Assembly (NCBI GenBank): GCA_038231435.1 | Contig: JBBRLJ010000030.1 | Location: 8,087-72,086, forward strand | Length of the DNA stretch: 64,000 bases | Source of the DNA: Planctomycetota bacterium | Lineage (GTDB): Bacteria; Planctomycetota; UBA11346 | Direction: 5' to 3' | Shown: one piece after another, positions 47,845-57,834 of the stretch | How positions within the stretch are numbered: the stretch's first letter is position 1 | Layout of the letters: every line of letters starts with the position of its first letter | Made by a program: the position numbers and the translations under genes | The notes under the pieces: model-generated | Database searches by the model: none | Told to the model about the DNA's origin: nothing | The model's input: only the letters and a program-made list of their open reading frames with translations

Positions 47845-48807
47845 GTGCAGCCCGACGTGAAGCAGGAAGTCCGCGCGGGCTGGGCCGTGCTCGCCGCCAC
47901 CCTGGTGATCGGCGGTGGCATCCTGTGGTGGTTCACCTCGGACGACGGTCTCGAGGCCCAGGTCGAGAACGCACGCGTCCAGCACGCCAAGCTGGTGGGT
48001 CGCGAGCCGCTCGCGGCGCGGGTCGAGAAGCAGGCCCAGGCCAACCAGGAGATGAGCGCCACCGTCGAGGACCTCAAGAAGAACACCCGCTTCACCGTCT
48101 CGCGCCGCTTCACCATCCTGCCCGAGGACACCGTGCGCGACGATCCGGGCGGTATCTTCCAGCACCGCTTCATCGAGGTCCGTCAGGAGATCATGGATCT
48201 GCGCAACAAGCGCAGCGTCACCCAGAACGAGGACATCGATCTCGGCTTCCCGAAGGGCGGCAAGCCGCCGCCCGACAACCAGGCCCAGCTGATGATGACC
48301 ATGCTGCAGCTGACGCGGCGCGCGACCAGGATCGCGCTCGAGACGCCCACGCCGATCTTCCGCTTCAAGATCAGCAACGGCGTCACCGGCAGCCGCACCA
48401 CCAGCGAGTCCTCGCTGCTCACCGGCCCGAGCAATCGTCCGCCGCTCCTGCGCGAGTATCCGCTGACCCTCGACGTGACCGCGACCCTGAGCGATATCCT
48501 ATGGATCCTCCACGCCTTCAGCCAGACCCCTGAGGAGATCAAGGACGCGGACGATCCGGGCGAATACCCGCTGGTATTGCAGGGCCTGACCATCAACAGC
48601 AGCGTCACCAGCGAGGATCAGGCGCTCAAGGGCGACGCGATCCAGCTCCTGCACGCGGTCTTCCACATCGCCGGCATGCAGTTCGTACCCCAGGATCAGC
48701 GTGCCGGTGGCGGCGCGGTGGCGACGGCGACACCCGCGGGCGGGCGCCTCGGCACACGAGCGACCCAGACCGGACCAGCCACCTCGTCGGCGATGGCGCG
48801 CCCATGA
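47845..48807 (+). CDS. PilO-like alignment protein
   Basis: N-terminal TM, coiled coil, EYPLTLDVTA and LVLQGLTI strands; position after pilMN. Confidence 0.6.
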   Translation: MQPDVKQEVRAGWAVLAATLVIGGGILWWFTSDDGLEAQVENARVQHAKLVGREPLAARVEKQAQANQEMSATVEDLKKNTRFTVSRRFTILPEDTVRDDPGGIFQHRFIEVRQEIMDLRNKRSVTQNEDIDLGFPKGGKPPPDNQAQLMMTMLQLTRRATRIALETPTPIFRFKISNGVTGSRTTSESSLLTGPSNRPPLLREYPLTLDVTATLSDILWILHAFSQTPEEIKDADDPGEYPLVLQGLTINSSVTSEDQALKGDAIQLLHAVFHIAGMQFVPQDQRAGGGAVATATPAGGRLGTRATQTGPATSSAMARP

Positions 48808-48840
48808 GCGGCTCGGTCACAGCGATGAGGAGGCGCTGAC

Positions 48841-49659
48841 ATGGCGACACGTGCCAATGTCCAGGCAATGACCGCAGGAGCCGCACTGCTGCTCATGGCC
48901 GGCGCGGTGACGTGGTGGCTGCTCGACGAGCAGGTCGTGGTCCCGCTCGGCATCCCGACCTACAGCGGCGATCCCGTCGAGGTGAAGACCGCGGTGGTGC
49001 CGGCGATCGGCGATTTCGAGAGCGAATTCAACGTCAATGCTTTCAACCCATTCATTCCGAAGCAGCAGCGCGACATCGAAGCCGTGGAGATCAAGAACAA
49101 GAAGAATGGGAAAAAGCCCGTCGACCCGATCTCTCCCAAGCTACCGAAGATCGAGGAAGTCCCGATCCCGAAACTGAATTTTCCCGCGCTCGCTCCGCGG
49201 CGCAAGAACGCTCCCGAATGCATCGGCATCATCTCCTCCGAGCACGGCGACATGCTGATCGCGCATATGCCAGGTGCGGTCGAGACTACGCCGATCGAGG
49301 TCGGCAAGTCGCTCTCCGAGACCGGTGATTCGACGCGGCAATGGACGCTGATCGCGCTCGAGCAGGGCAACGTCGCGCGCTTCCGTGATCCCGCTGGCGT
49401 CGAGCAGTTGTTCGCCATCGGCGCGACCACGCCCGGTGTCGGTTCAAAGGAGCCGGTGAAGTCGCCGTCGGTTCCCGCGCCTGGGCCAAAGCCGCCGGGA
49501 GCGAAGCCGCAGGGCGGGCCGCGACCGCAGCGCCCGGGCCACGATGCGCAAGGCCTGCCGCAGGGCGGAACCACCGACCATCCGCAAGGGTGGTCGCCGC
49601 GTCCACCCGAGCCGCCCACTCCGTCTGGCGCTCCGCCCGGGATTCCGCGCGGCAAATGA
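48841..49659 (+). CDS. Hypothetical membrane-anchored Pro-rich protein (PilP/GspC position)
   Basis: TM, FNPF motif, small beta domain, Pro-rich tail. Confidence 0.55.
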   Translation: MATRANVQAMTAGAALLLMAGAVTWWLLDEQVVVPLGIPTYSGDPVEVKTAVVPAIGDFESEFNVNAFNPFIPKQQRDIEAVEIKNKKNGKKPVDPISPKLPKIEEVPIPKLNFPALAPRRKNAPECIGIISSEHGDMLIAHMPGAVETTPIEVGKSLSETGDSTRQWTLIALEQGNVARFRDPAGVEQLFAIGATTPGVGSKEPVKSPSVPAPGPKPPGAKPQGGPRPQRPGHDAQGLPQGGTTDHPQGWSPRPPEPPTPSGAPPGIPRGK

Positions 49660-49776
49660 CCTCGCCAGGCCGCCTTGTGGCAGCCGGCACTGTCGTCAGG
49701 TTCGAACTCAGGCTTCAGTGACGCTACGAGTCCGTCCGGACGAGATACGTCGGATCTGTCAGGCTGGTCCGACCGC

Positions 49777-51207
49777 TCAGGTCGCGGCGAGGGCCTCGAG
49801 GCCAGCCGCGGCCTGCATCAGCTTCGCGTCCGCCCATTGCGCACCCTGCAACTGCAACCCGACCGGCAGGGCACCATCGCTGCCGTAGGGGACCGACAAG
49901 GCGGGGATGCCGGCGAGATTGGTCGCGATGGTGAAGATGTCGGACAGGTACATCTGCAGCGGGTCGGAGAGCTTCTCGCCGGTCTTGAAGGCGGTGGTGG
50001 GGCTGACCGGCCCGAGCAGCACATCGCATGCGGCGAAGGCCTTGGCGAAATCGTCACACACCAGGCGCCGCACCTGCTGCGCCTTCTTGTAGTACGCGTC
50101 GTAGTAGCCGGTCGAGAGCACGTACGTGCCGAGCATGATGCGGCGGCGGACCTCGGCGCCGAAGCCCTCGGCCCGGCTGCGCGCGTAGAGATCGTGAAGC
50201 GATGCGGGATCCGCCGCGCGATGGCCGTAGCGCACGCCGTCGAAACGCGCCAGATTCGACGACGCCTCGCCGGTGGCGAGCACGTAATAGACCGCGACCG
50301 CGTACTTCTCGTGCGGCAGCTCTACCGGCACCAGCTTGGCGCCGGCGGCCTGCAGTTTGCCCTTGGCGTGCTCGAGCCGAGCGCGCACGCCCTCTTGCAG
50401 GCCGGGAGCGTGGGCTGGGACGTAGCCGACGCGCAAGCCCTTGAGCGAGGCGAGCGGATCCGCGCCGAGCTCCATCAGATGGCGCGGCCGAGCCGCGCAG
50501 GTGCTGTCGTTGATGTCGGCGCCGGCCATCGCCTCGAGGCAGGCGGCGGCGTCGGAGACGTTGCGCGCGAACGGGCCGATCTGGTCGAGGCTCGAACCGA
50601 AGGCGATCAGGCCGTAACGGCTGACCATGCCGTAGGTCGGCTTCATGCCGACGCAACCGCACAACCCCGCGGGCTGGCGGATAGAGCCGCCGGTGTCCGA
50701 GCCCAGCGCGAGGGGGACGATCCCGGCTGCCACCGCTGCCGCGCTACCGCCCGAGCTGCCGCCGGGGATGCGGGTGGGATCGTGCGGATTGCGCACTGGT
50801 CCGAAGGCGCTGGTCTCGTTCGACGAGCCCATCGCGAACTCGTCCATGTTGGTGGTCGCGACCACTACCGCGCCGGCCGCCTCGAGCCGCGCCACCGCGG
50901 TCGCGGTGTACGGGGCGACGAAGCCCTTCAGGATCTTCGAGCAGGCGTTCACCTCGGCGCCGGTGACCAGCAGGTTGTCCTTCACCGCCAGCGGCACGCC
51001 AGCGAGCGGCAGCTTCTCGCCGGCCTTGATGCGCGCGTCGACGCGATCGGCGGCCGCGAGCGCGCGGGCCTCGTGGATGCGGATGATGGCGTTGAGGGTG
51101 TCGGCCTTGGCCTTGGCCAAGGATTCCAGCACGGCGACGCGCGCCGATGCTCCGGCGCCGACGGCGGCGGCGATTCCGTGAGCGGTGCTCTCTCTCGTGG
51201 TGCTCAT
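49777..51207 (-). CDS. gatA: Asp/Glu-tRNA amidotransferase subunit A
   Basis: [48 protein letters not shown]. Confidence 0.96.
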   Translation of the reverse strand: MSTTRESTAHGIAAAVGAGASARVAVLESLAKAKADTLNAIIRIHEARALAAADRVDARIKAGEKLPLAGVPLAVKDNLLVTGAEVNACSKILKGFVAPYTATAVARLEAAGAVVVATTNMDEFAMGSSNETSAFGPVRNPHDPTRIPGGSSGGSAAAVAAGIVPLALGSDTGGSIRQPAGLCGCVGMKPTYGMVSRYGLIAFGSSLDQIGPFARNVSDAAACLEAMAGADINDSTCAARPRHLMELGADPLASLKGLRVGYVPAHAPGLQEGVRARLEHAKGKLQAAGAKLVPVELPHEKYAVAVYYVLATGEASSNLARFDGVRYGHRAADPASLHDLYARSRAEGFGAEVRRRIMLGTYVLSTGYYDAYYKKAQQVRRLVCDDFAKAFAACDVLLGPVSPTTAFKTGEKLSDPLQMYLSDIFTIATNLAGIPALSVPYGSDGALPVGLQLQGAQWADAKLMQAAAGLEALAAT

Positions 51208-51494
51208 CGCTCGACCACCTTCGGGACCAGGATGGCGACGTCGTTGCGCTGAGGCGCATTGCCGAGCACGTCCTTCTGGCTGAGCATCGGGCCGGGAGCA
51301 TCTGGCCGGGTGACATTGGCCAGGCCGGCGACGTTCGCGATCGGCTCGATCCCGGCGGTGTCGACCTCCTGGAGCTGGGCCACGTAGCCGACGATCGCCT
51401 CGAGCTCGCTGGCCATGCGCTTCACGTCGCTCTCGGACATCGCCAGGTTCGCGAGTTTGGCGAGATGCCGCACCTCGGCTTCGGTGATGGCCAT
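51204..51494 (-). CDS. gatC: Asp/Glu-tRNA amidotransferase subunit C
   Basis: [28 protein letters not shown]; coupled to gatA. Confidence 0.93.
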   Translation of the reverse strand: MAITEAEVRHLAKLANLAMSESDVKRMASELEAIVGYVAQLQEVDTAGIEPIANVAGLANVTRPDAPGPMLSQKDVLGNAPQRNDVAILVPKVVER

Positions 51495-51667
51495 GGCTCC
51501 TCCGGGGCGAGGAGGTTATGGCTGGAGCGCATGCGACAAGGCGGAATTGGATGCGGGTCCTGGTGGGCTGCTGTGTGCGGCGAGGAGAGCGGGCCACGCG
51601 CGTGTTCCATCGCTCGGCGTCGATGGGATGGACGTCGCGGGTTCGCCGCATGCCGCACGTCCGAAGG

Positions 51668-52333
51668 TCAGCGCCCCAACAACGCCTCGACCAGTTTCAT
51701 GTCATCCGGTGTGGTGATCTTGAGATTGCGCGCGTCACCTGGGACGATCGCCACGCGGATGCCGGCGCGTTCGAGGACCTGCGCGTCGTCGCTGCACGTC
51801 CAACCCTCTGCGCGCGCGCGCGCGAAGGCCGCGCGGCCAGCCTCGCGGCGGAAGCCCTGCGGCGTCTGCGCCAGCCACAGCTCCTCGCGAGCCACCGTCT
51901 CGACCACCGCGCCGGCGCGCGCGCGTTTCACCGTCGATGCGCACGGCACCGCGACCACCGCGGCGGTATCGCTGGCGAGCGCGGCGATGCAGGCTTCGAT
52001 GCACGCTCTCGGTACCAGTGGGCGCACCGCGTCGTGCACCAGGACCAGGTCCCCGCGCACGCGCTCGAGCGCCGCCATCACCGAATCCATGCGCGTGGCG
52101 CCGCCTGGTACGAGCTCTACCGGGTAGGGCAGCCGTGCCTGCGCGACCGTCGCGGCCACTCCGTCGTGGACATCGTCGCTCACCGCGATCACCGCGTCGT
52201 CGACCAAGCCGGCGAACGCGGCGAGGCTCCAGCCGAGCACGGTGCGGCCGTGCACGACCTGGAGTTGTTTCGGCAGCGCGGAGCCGAAGCGGCTGCCACT
52301 CCCGGCGGCGGGGATGATCAGCGTCGTGGACAT
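51668..52333 (-). CDS. ispD: 2-C-methyl-D-erythritol 4-phosphate cytidylyltransferase
   Basis: [44 protein letters not shown]. Confidence 0.95.
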   Translation of the reverse strand: MSTTLIIPAAGSGSRFGSALPKQLQVVHGRTVLGWSLAAFAGLVDDAVIAVSDDVHDGVAATVAQARLPYPVELVPGGATRMDSVMAALERVRGDLVLVHDAVRPLVPRACIEACIAALASDTAAVVAVPCASTVKRARAGAVVETVAREELWLAQTPQGFRREAGRAAFARARAEGWTCSDDAQVLERAGIRVAIVPGDARNLKITTPDDMKLVEALLGR

Positions 52334-52338
52334 GCCGG

Positions 52339-54435
52339 TCAGCGGCGGGGGCGGGGCGTCTTGCGTTCGAGCGGCTGATCCTCGCCGAGCTCGTTGGTCG
52401 GCTTCATCGATCCGAGCTCGCGCGTCCAGCCGCCGGTCTTGGGTTTGGTAGCTTTTGCGGCCGGCCTCGGAACGGCCACTGGCGCCATCTCCTCGGTTTC
52501 GTTCGAACCGCCGGACTTCTGGGCAGGCTTCTCGACGCCCCGGCCATGGCTGGGTGCACCGCCGGACGCATGTCCGAGCGGCCTGACCGAGATCTCGGTC
52601 TCATTCTTTGGCGGACGCTTCGAGGGCGGAAGCTGGGCCCTCCCCGCGGCGGCCGGGGCAGATGAGCGGCCGGAGCGGCGCGGTTCGGGCGCTGCGTCGC
52701 GTTCAGGTTCTGGCTGGCGGCTGGCGTCGGACGACTTCGAGCGCGAGCCCTCGGACGGCCGGCCACGCCGCAGCTTGGCGGCGAGGAACAGGATCAGGGG
52801 TAGGCCCGAGAGGATTCCCCACCCCACGACGTGCGTGGGGTGTCGAGCCCAGGCGCCCTTGAAGCCGGTACCTCCGGTGAGCCAGCTGCCGTAGTTGCCG
52901 AGCACCACCGACCAGCCCGATGGCGAGGCGTAGCTCTTCCAGGCGAGGTACCGCCAGCCAGCGGCGAAGGCGTGCTCGGGGCTGCGCGGCGATTCGCTGG
53001 CGAGGAAGAAATCCTTCGACTTGTAGTCCTTCACCGCGGCGCCCTTGGCATAGGCCTCAGCGGCGGCATCGAGCAGCTGATCGCGTTCGGCGATGGCCGC
53101 CGTGCGCGCCTGATCAGCCAGACTGGCGACGGCCTTGTCCTTGAGCTCGGCCTGCTGGCGCAAGGCGTGGCCGAGGAAGCGGTATACCGAGCCTTGGCGC
53201 TCGGCGTCATCGGCCACCTGGGGCGCGACGTGATCGAGGAGCTTGGCGGCGAGCTGGTAATCGTGTTCGTGGTAGGCGTTGATGCCGACGGTGATCTGTT
53301 CGCTCGGCGTCACTGCCTCGGTATGGCTGAGGATCTCCTTCGCGGCGTCCTTCTGACCGGTCTTCTCGAGCGCGAGCGCCAGATTGAACAGCGAGGTCCG
53401 GTCGCTCTTGCCCAGCTCCTGCGCGCGCCGCAGGTGGACGATCGCCTCCTGGTACTCCTCGAGCTGGACCAACGCGTTGCCGGCGACGTAGTGCGCCTCG
53501 GCGAAATCGGGCTGCTTCTCGATCGCCTGCACGAACATGCCAACCGCCTCGCGCATGCGCGCATGCGCCGCGTCGTCGTCGTGCGACAGCAACATCACCT
53601 TGGCCTGCTCATAGCGCGCGTAGCCGACGCCGTAGAGCGAGTTCGGATCCGCGGGGCGGCCCTTGAGCGCACGCGAGAAGTGGTTCTCGGCGTTGTCGAG
53701 CAGCTGCTTGGCACGATCCGGAAATTTCGCCGCCTGGCCGAGCTCGGCGCGACCGAGCTCGTACCAGGCGTCGTAGAAGGTGTCCTTGGCCGCGGTGGCC
53801 TTGCCCAGCGCGACGATGGCGCCGTCGCTGTCGCCGCGCGCCTCATCGAGACGCGCTTCCATGAACAGGAACTCGGGCGGAGCCGAGTTGACGGCCTTGC
53901 CCTTGGCGTCCTTGAGCATGCGATCGGCCTTCTCCAGATCCTTGGCGTCGATCGCCGCCTTGGCTCCGTAATAGTGCAGCCAGCCGCCCTTGTCCTTGCC
54001 GGTGAAGGCGTCGAGCGCGGCATAGGCCTCGGCCGGTTTGCCCGCCGCCGAGAGCGCCTGCACCTGCACGCAGGCGGCCTCGGAATCGCTCGGGTCGAGC
54101 TTCAGCGCCTGCACGGCGCTGGCGAGCGCCGCGCCGGTCTCGCCGTGGTTCAGCTGCTGTTTGGCGAGTTCGCGGTGGCCTGATGGCCAATTCGGGAAAT
54201 GCGCGACCAGCGCGAGGAGCTGGTCCTGCGCCCCGGGATCGTTCGCGTCGATCGCGGCCTTGACCGGATTCCATTCGTCGTTGGTCGGAATGTCGGAGCC
54301 GGCGGCGGTAAGGGAGAGCGTCAGCAGCGCCGCGATCGTGAGGATCACGCGCCTTGCAAGACGGCCGCGGTGGCCGTCGTGAGCGGCGGCATGGATCGGG
54401 TCCGGGTGGCAATCAGCGGGCATCCGAGACCTCAT
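52339..54435 (-). CDS. TPR-repeat membrane protein
   Basis: Signal-like N-terminus, many TPR helices, TM near aa 545, disordered tail. Confidence 0.8.
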   Translation of the reverse strand: MRSRMPADCHPDPIHAAAHDGHRGRLARRVILTIAALLTLSLTAAGSDIPTNDEWNPVKAAIDANDPGAQDQLLALVAHFPNWPSGHRELAKQQLNHGETGAALASAVQALKLDPSDSEAACVQVQALSAAGKPAEAYAALDAFTGKDKGGWLHYYGAKAAIDAKDLEKADRMLKDAKGKAVNSAPPEFLFMEARLDEARGDSDGAIVALGKATAAKDTFYDAWYELGRAELGQAAKFPDRAKQLLDNAENHFSRALKGRPADPNSLYGVGYARYEQAKVMLLSHDDDAAHARMREAVGMFVQAIEKQPDFAEAHYVAGNALVQLEEYQEAIVHLRRAQELGKSDRTSLFNLALALEKTGQKDAAKEILSHTEAVTPSEQITVGINAYHEHDYQLAAKLLDHVAPQVADDAERQGSVYRFLGHALRQQAELKDKAVASLADQARTAAIAERDQLLDAAAEAYAKGAAVKDYKSKDFFLASESPRSPEHAFAAGWRYLAWKSYASPSGWSVVLGNYGSWLTGGTGFKGAWARHPTHVVGWGILSGLPLILFLAAKLRRGRPSEGSRSKSSDASRQPEPERDAAPEPRRSGRSSAPAAAGRAQLPPSKRPPKNETEISVRPLGHASGGAPSHGRGVEKPAQKSGGSNETEEMAPVAVPRPAAKATKPKTGGWTRELGSMKPTNELGEDQPLERKTPRPRR

Positions 54436-54853
54436 GGGCGAATCCGTGTTTGCTGGCTTCTTGGAACAGCGAGTCGTCGTCGCGTGCCGGAACGGGGACG
54501 TAGGTCACCTGGCGTTCCGCCCGAGCCTCGAAGGTCATGGGCAGGAAATCGGTGACCAGGTCGACGGGGAAGCGTTGCCACCAGGGCAGCGGTGTCGTGA
54601 CCCGCCCTTCGCATCGTGCCAGCACGCCGGCTTCGCGCTCCCATGCGCTGAAGGGCAGGTCGATCGGCAGCGGCTGGCGAATGGTCTGGCCGACGGCGGG
54701 ATCGACGCTGGTGGACCCGGCGATCAAACCCGCTCCCTCGAGCGAATGCTCCGCTGGCTGGATGCGCGCGATGTGCGCTATGCAGCCGGGCTGCGCCATC
54801 ACGGCGAGAATCGCCAGGGCAGGGACAGCGGCGTGGACCGGATTGCGAGGCAT
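54413..54853 (-). CDS. Hypothetical lipoprotein
   Basis: AQPGC lipobox-like; PWWQRFPVD motif; in operon. Confidence 0.55.
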   Translation of the reverse strand: MPRNPVHAAVPALAILAVMAQPGCIAHIARIQPAEHSLEGAGLIAGSTSVDPAVGQTIRQPLPIDLPFSAWEREAGVLARCEGRVTTPLPWWQRFPVDLVTDFLPMTFEARAERQVTYVPVPARDDDSLFQEASKHGFAHEVSDAR

Positions 54854-54861
54854 GCTCGACC

Positions 54862-55410
54862 CTACCGTTCCTTCCCAGGGGAGGAAGCCCGCCCAGGGGA
54901 GGAAGCCCGCGCGAGCGCCACGGCGGCGGATACCGCCAGTACCAGGACGAACAGGGTCTCGGCGCCCATCGAGCCCTGCGACTCGCGGTGCAGCAGGTGG
55001 AAGCGCGTCCATTCCGAGCCCTCGGCCGCGCCGCTGAGCAGTGCGGCGAGCAGCTGGTTGGCGTTGGCGATGATCGTCGCGCTCCACACGTGGCAGGCGG
55101 CTGCGATGAGCGTGGCGATCAGCAGTAGGTAGGCGGGAAGCTTCCTGCCGCTCTTCATGGCGGCGACGGCTGCGGCCACCGCCGCGAATGCCAGGACCGG
55201 CAGCAGCGCCGCGGTGACGATGGTGCTCCACACCGATAGCAGGTCGCCGAACACCGCGCCGGCGGCGTAGTGCGAGCTGAAATCGCGCCCACCGCCGCCG
55301 TGCTCGCCCGGGGCGTGCGCGAACAGCGGTTTGGCCATGGCCACCAGCAGCACATTGCCCGACACCCATGCGACCGCTGAGACGAGCAGGGCCACCCAAG
55401 CGGTTCTCAT
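54862..55410 (-). CDS. Multi-TM hypothetical protein (DUF4149-like)
   Basis: Four hydrophobic segments, FHLLHRES motif. Confidence 0.6.
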   Translation of the reverse strand: MRTAWVALLVSAVAWVSGNVLLVAMAKPLFAHAPGEHGGGGRDFSSHYAAGAVFGDLLSVWSTIVTAALLPVLAFAAVAAAVAAMKSGRKLPAYLLLIATLIAAACHVWSATIIANANQLLAALLSGAAEGSEWTRFHLLHRESQGSMGAETLFVLVLAVSAAVALARASSPGRASSPGKER

Positions 55411-55682
55411 GGCGAAACGTCCGCGATGCGGCTGATCGCCACCAGGCGTGCGAGCGGCACGGCGACATGGGCGCGGTTCACGCGCACGCCGATCTTCCGC
55501 GTCTCGAGCACGTAGACCTCCTTGGTGCTGTTGGCTTCGCGGTGATCGTGCAGATCGGCCGCGGTGAATTCGACGTGGTGCTCGCTCGCGGCGCTGAGGG
55601 TGCCGATGACGACGTAGAATTCATCGAGATCGCACACCACGATCGAGCCGATGAAGGGCTCGAGCCACGCCGATCCGTTCAT
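55407..55682 (-). CDS. Small hypothetical protein, possibly Sm/LSm-like fold
   Basis: IGSIVVCD..VIGTL..ADLHD..VAVPLARLVAISR; coupled on both sides. Confidence 0.65.
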   Translation of the reverse strand: MNGSAWLEPFIGSIVVCDLDEFYVVIGTLSAASEHHVEFTAADLHDHREANSTKEVYVLETRKIGVRVNRAHVAVPLARLVAISRIADVSP

Positions 55683-57061
55683 GAAGCGAGCTCGAATTCG
55701 TCGGGATCGGTGGGGCGGCGCGCCTGCAAGTGGCCCTTGAGGATGCGGATGAAGCGGTTGCGGCGCGACGGGCTCATGCGCCGGAACAGGTTGTTCACCA
55801 GCAGTTCGATCGAGTCGGAGACGCTCGCGCCGTCGAGCGGCACTTCAGCGCGGCCCATGGTGCGGTGGCCGCCGGCCGAGCCGATCTTCGCGAACGCCAG
55901 GGTCGCACGTTTGCCAACGTCTTGGCGATGTCCATCGCCGCGGAAGACCGCGATCAGGCGGCCTTCGTGCACGCCGGCGCACACCACCCAGGTGATGCCG
56001 CAGGTCAGCAGCACCAGGTCGGCCATCTGCACGCAGATGTCGACAGTGGGGACCTTGCCGAAATGGATGAGCACCATTTCGCGGTAGACCACGCGATGGC
56101 TGATGCCCCAGGCGATGTAGTCGAGCATCGACATCGGCACCTGGCTCTTCTCGAGTCGGGCGATGAAATTGCGGTCGGCCCGGGTATGCAGCAGGTCGAA
56201 GGCGCGGATGTCGGCGCTCGAGGCGTTGCGCTTGAGGTCGTCGGTGTCGGTGACGATGCCGTACAGCAGCGCGGTGGCGAGCTGGCGATTGACCGGCAGG
56301 TCGGCGTCGGACAGGTACTCGGTGAGGATGGTTGAGGTCGCGCCGTAATCCTCGCGCAGGTCGAGGTATGGCGCGGTGGTGTCGTCGCGGCGCGGATGGT
56401 GGTCGATGACCACGTGCGCGCGCGGGGGGTTCTCGCGCCAGAATCCCGGCTGCGCGTCCACCACCGCGATCAGGTCTGCGTCCTCCTGCTCGGATGCGCG
56501 CAGCTGCTCGATCGGGTGCTTGAGCCAGGACATCAGGAGCTTGTTCTGGTAGCGCTGGACCTCGCCGGTGTAGCGGATCAGCGGGGTGGTATCGGCGGCC
56601 TTCCAGATCGCGGCCAGGCCGAGCGCGGCGCCGACGGCATCGGGATCGGGATCGCCGTACATGAGGATCAGTGGCTGGCGCTTGCCGCGGGCCAGGTCCA
56701 TGAGGGTGTCGACGCGGCGCAGCGCGCTCAGGCGCCTCAGCACCTGCTGGCGGTTGTCCGCCTGCGGCGGCAGCAGGGACAAGAAGCCCCGCGGACGTGT
56801 CTGGCGACGGTGCTCGCGCCGCACCAGGAACTGCGCCATGGTCGGAGGCAGCCAGCCGCGGATCCGCTCCGCCAGCGCGATGTCCTCGACGCCGATGAAG
56901 TACGGAGGCTCGGGCAGGTCGCGCGGGCGGTCCTCGTAGGAGGCGGATACCAGGGTGGCATGCACCCCGGGATAAGGTGCGAGTTGGTCGACCAGCGCGC
57001 TGTTGGCAGTGTAGACCTGGACAGGGATGCCGCCGGCGACGAAGAAGCCCACCGTCGGCAT
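55679..57061 (-). CDS. DHH/DHHA1 family phosphoesterase with N-terminal extension
   Basis: DPDPDAVG, VVD, VIDHHP, GATST, GIVTDT, AGGH. Confidence 0.88.
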   Translation of the reverse strand: MPTVGFFVAGGIPVQVYTANSALVDQLAPYPGVHATLVSASYEDRPRDLPEPPYFIGVEDIALAERIRGWLPPTMAQFLVRREHRRQTRPRGFLSLLPPQADNRQQVLRRLSALRRVDTLMDLARGKRQPLILMYGDPDPDAVGAALGLAAIWKAADTTPLIRYTGEVQRYQNKLLMSWLKHPIEQLRASEQEDADLIAVVDAQPGFWRENPPRAHVVIDHHPRRDDTTAPYLDLREDYGATSTILTEYLSDADLPVNRQLATALLYGIVTDTDDLKRNASSADIRAFDLLHTRADRNFIARLEKSQVPMSMLDYIAWGISHRVVYREMVLIHFGKVPTVDICVQMADLVLLTCGITWVVCAGVHEGRLIAVFRGDGHRQDVGKRATLAFAKIGSAGGHRTMGRAEVPLDGASVSDSIELLVNNLFRRMSPSRRNRFIRILKGHLQARRPTDPDEFELAS

Positions 57062-57234
57062 GATTTGACTGTTGTGGCCGATGATCGTAACTTGCCGCGG
57101 AGCGCTGATGGCCGGTTCTGGTGGGCCCTGGGGGCGTGGGACCATAGACCCACACGGTACCCGGGTCCGCACTCATGCAAATGAGCATGCACAATGCATG
57201 CAAACCCCGTGGCTAGACCGCGTAGGAGCTTCAC

Positions 57235-57510
57235 ATGAGCACGGACGACCAGCTACCGATCGATCAAGACCTCTTCGACCTGCTCGTCTGCCCGCAAGCG
57301 CGCGTTCCACTCACCTACGTGCAGGGCAAGCTGGTATCGACTGATGGAGCGACCCGACGGGCCTACCGCATCGACCAGGGCATCCCGGTGATGCTGATCG
57401 AGGAATCGGAGGTCTTGAGCGAGGCCGATTGGCGTCGGCTAATCGCCGAGAAAGGCCCGACCGGCGGCGGAGTCGCGGCCGTGCACGCACGGCATGCTGC
57501 GCCGCGCTAG
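57235..57510 (+). CDS. Trm112 family protein
   Basis: LLVCP..PL..YRIDQGIPVML; AGGAG RBS. Confidence 0.85.
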   Translation: MSTDDQLPIDQDLFDLLVCPQARVPLTYVQGKLVSTDGATRRAYRIDQGIPVMLIEESEVLSEADWRRLIAEKGPTGGGVAAVHARHAAPR

Positions 57511-57834
57511 CATCCTGGCCCATCGTGGCCATGGATCGCCTCATTTCGACCTGATTATTTCGAACGGTGCCACCTGCACTGCCATTCAGCTCGCCAAGCA
57601 TAGGGGCGCGTGGAGCGCTCGCTGGCTTACGCTACATCGGCATCGGTATCTGTCGTATTCGGGTCCCATCGGAGGTGGGAGGGGAAACGTACGCACTATT
57701 TGGACGGGTTATCTGCAGATACGGCGATTGGACTACAAGTCGTTTGACCTATCTGCAACGTTCGTGAGTGGTGGATTCATGACTGTACGGGGTGAAAGGG
57801 TTGTCCTCACCGGCTGGCCCCCAAGAATGCGGCG

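Noticed and set aside
49690..49760. tRNA suggested by GGTTCGAAC T-loop-like motif
   Set aside because: No cloverleaf or acceptor stem can be built
49777..51494. Missing gatB (and gcvH/gcvP beside gcvT) as pathway loss
   Set aside because: Split operons are common; the genes are probably elsewhere in the genome
54874..54909. 18-nt perfect tandem duplication CCCAGGGGAGGAAGCCCG x2
   Set aside because: In-frame slippage at a gene's 3' tail (RASSPG x2); no sign of function or of a target-site duplication
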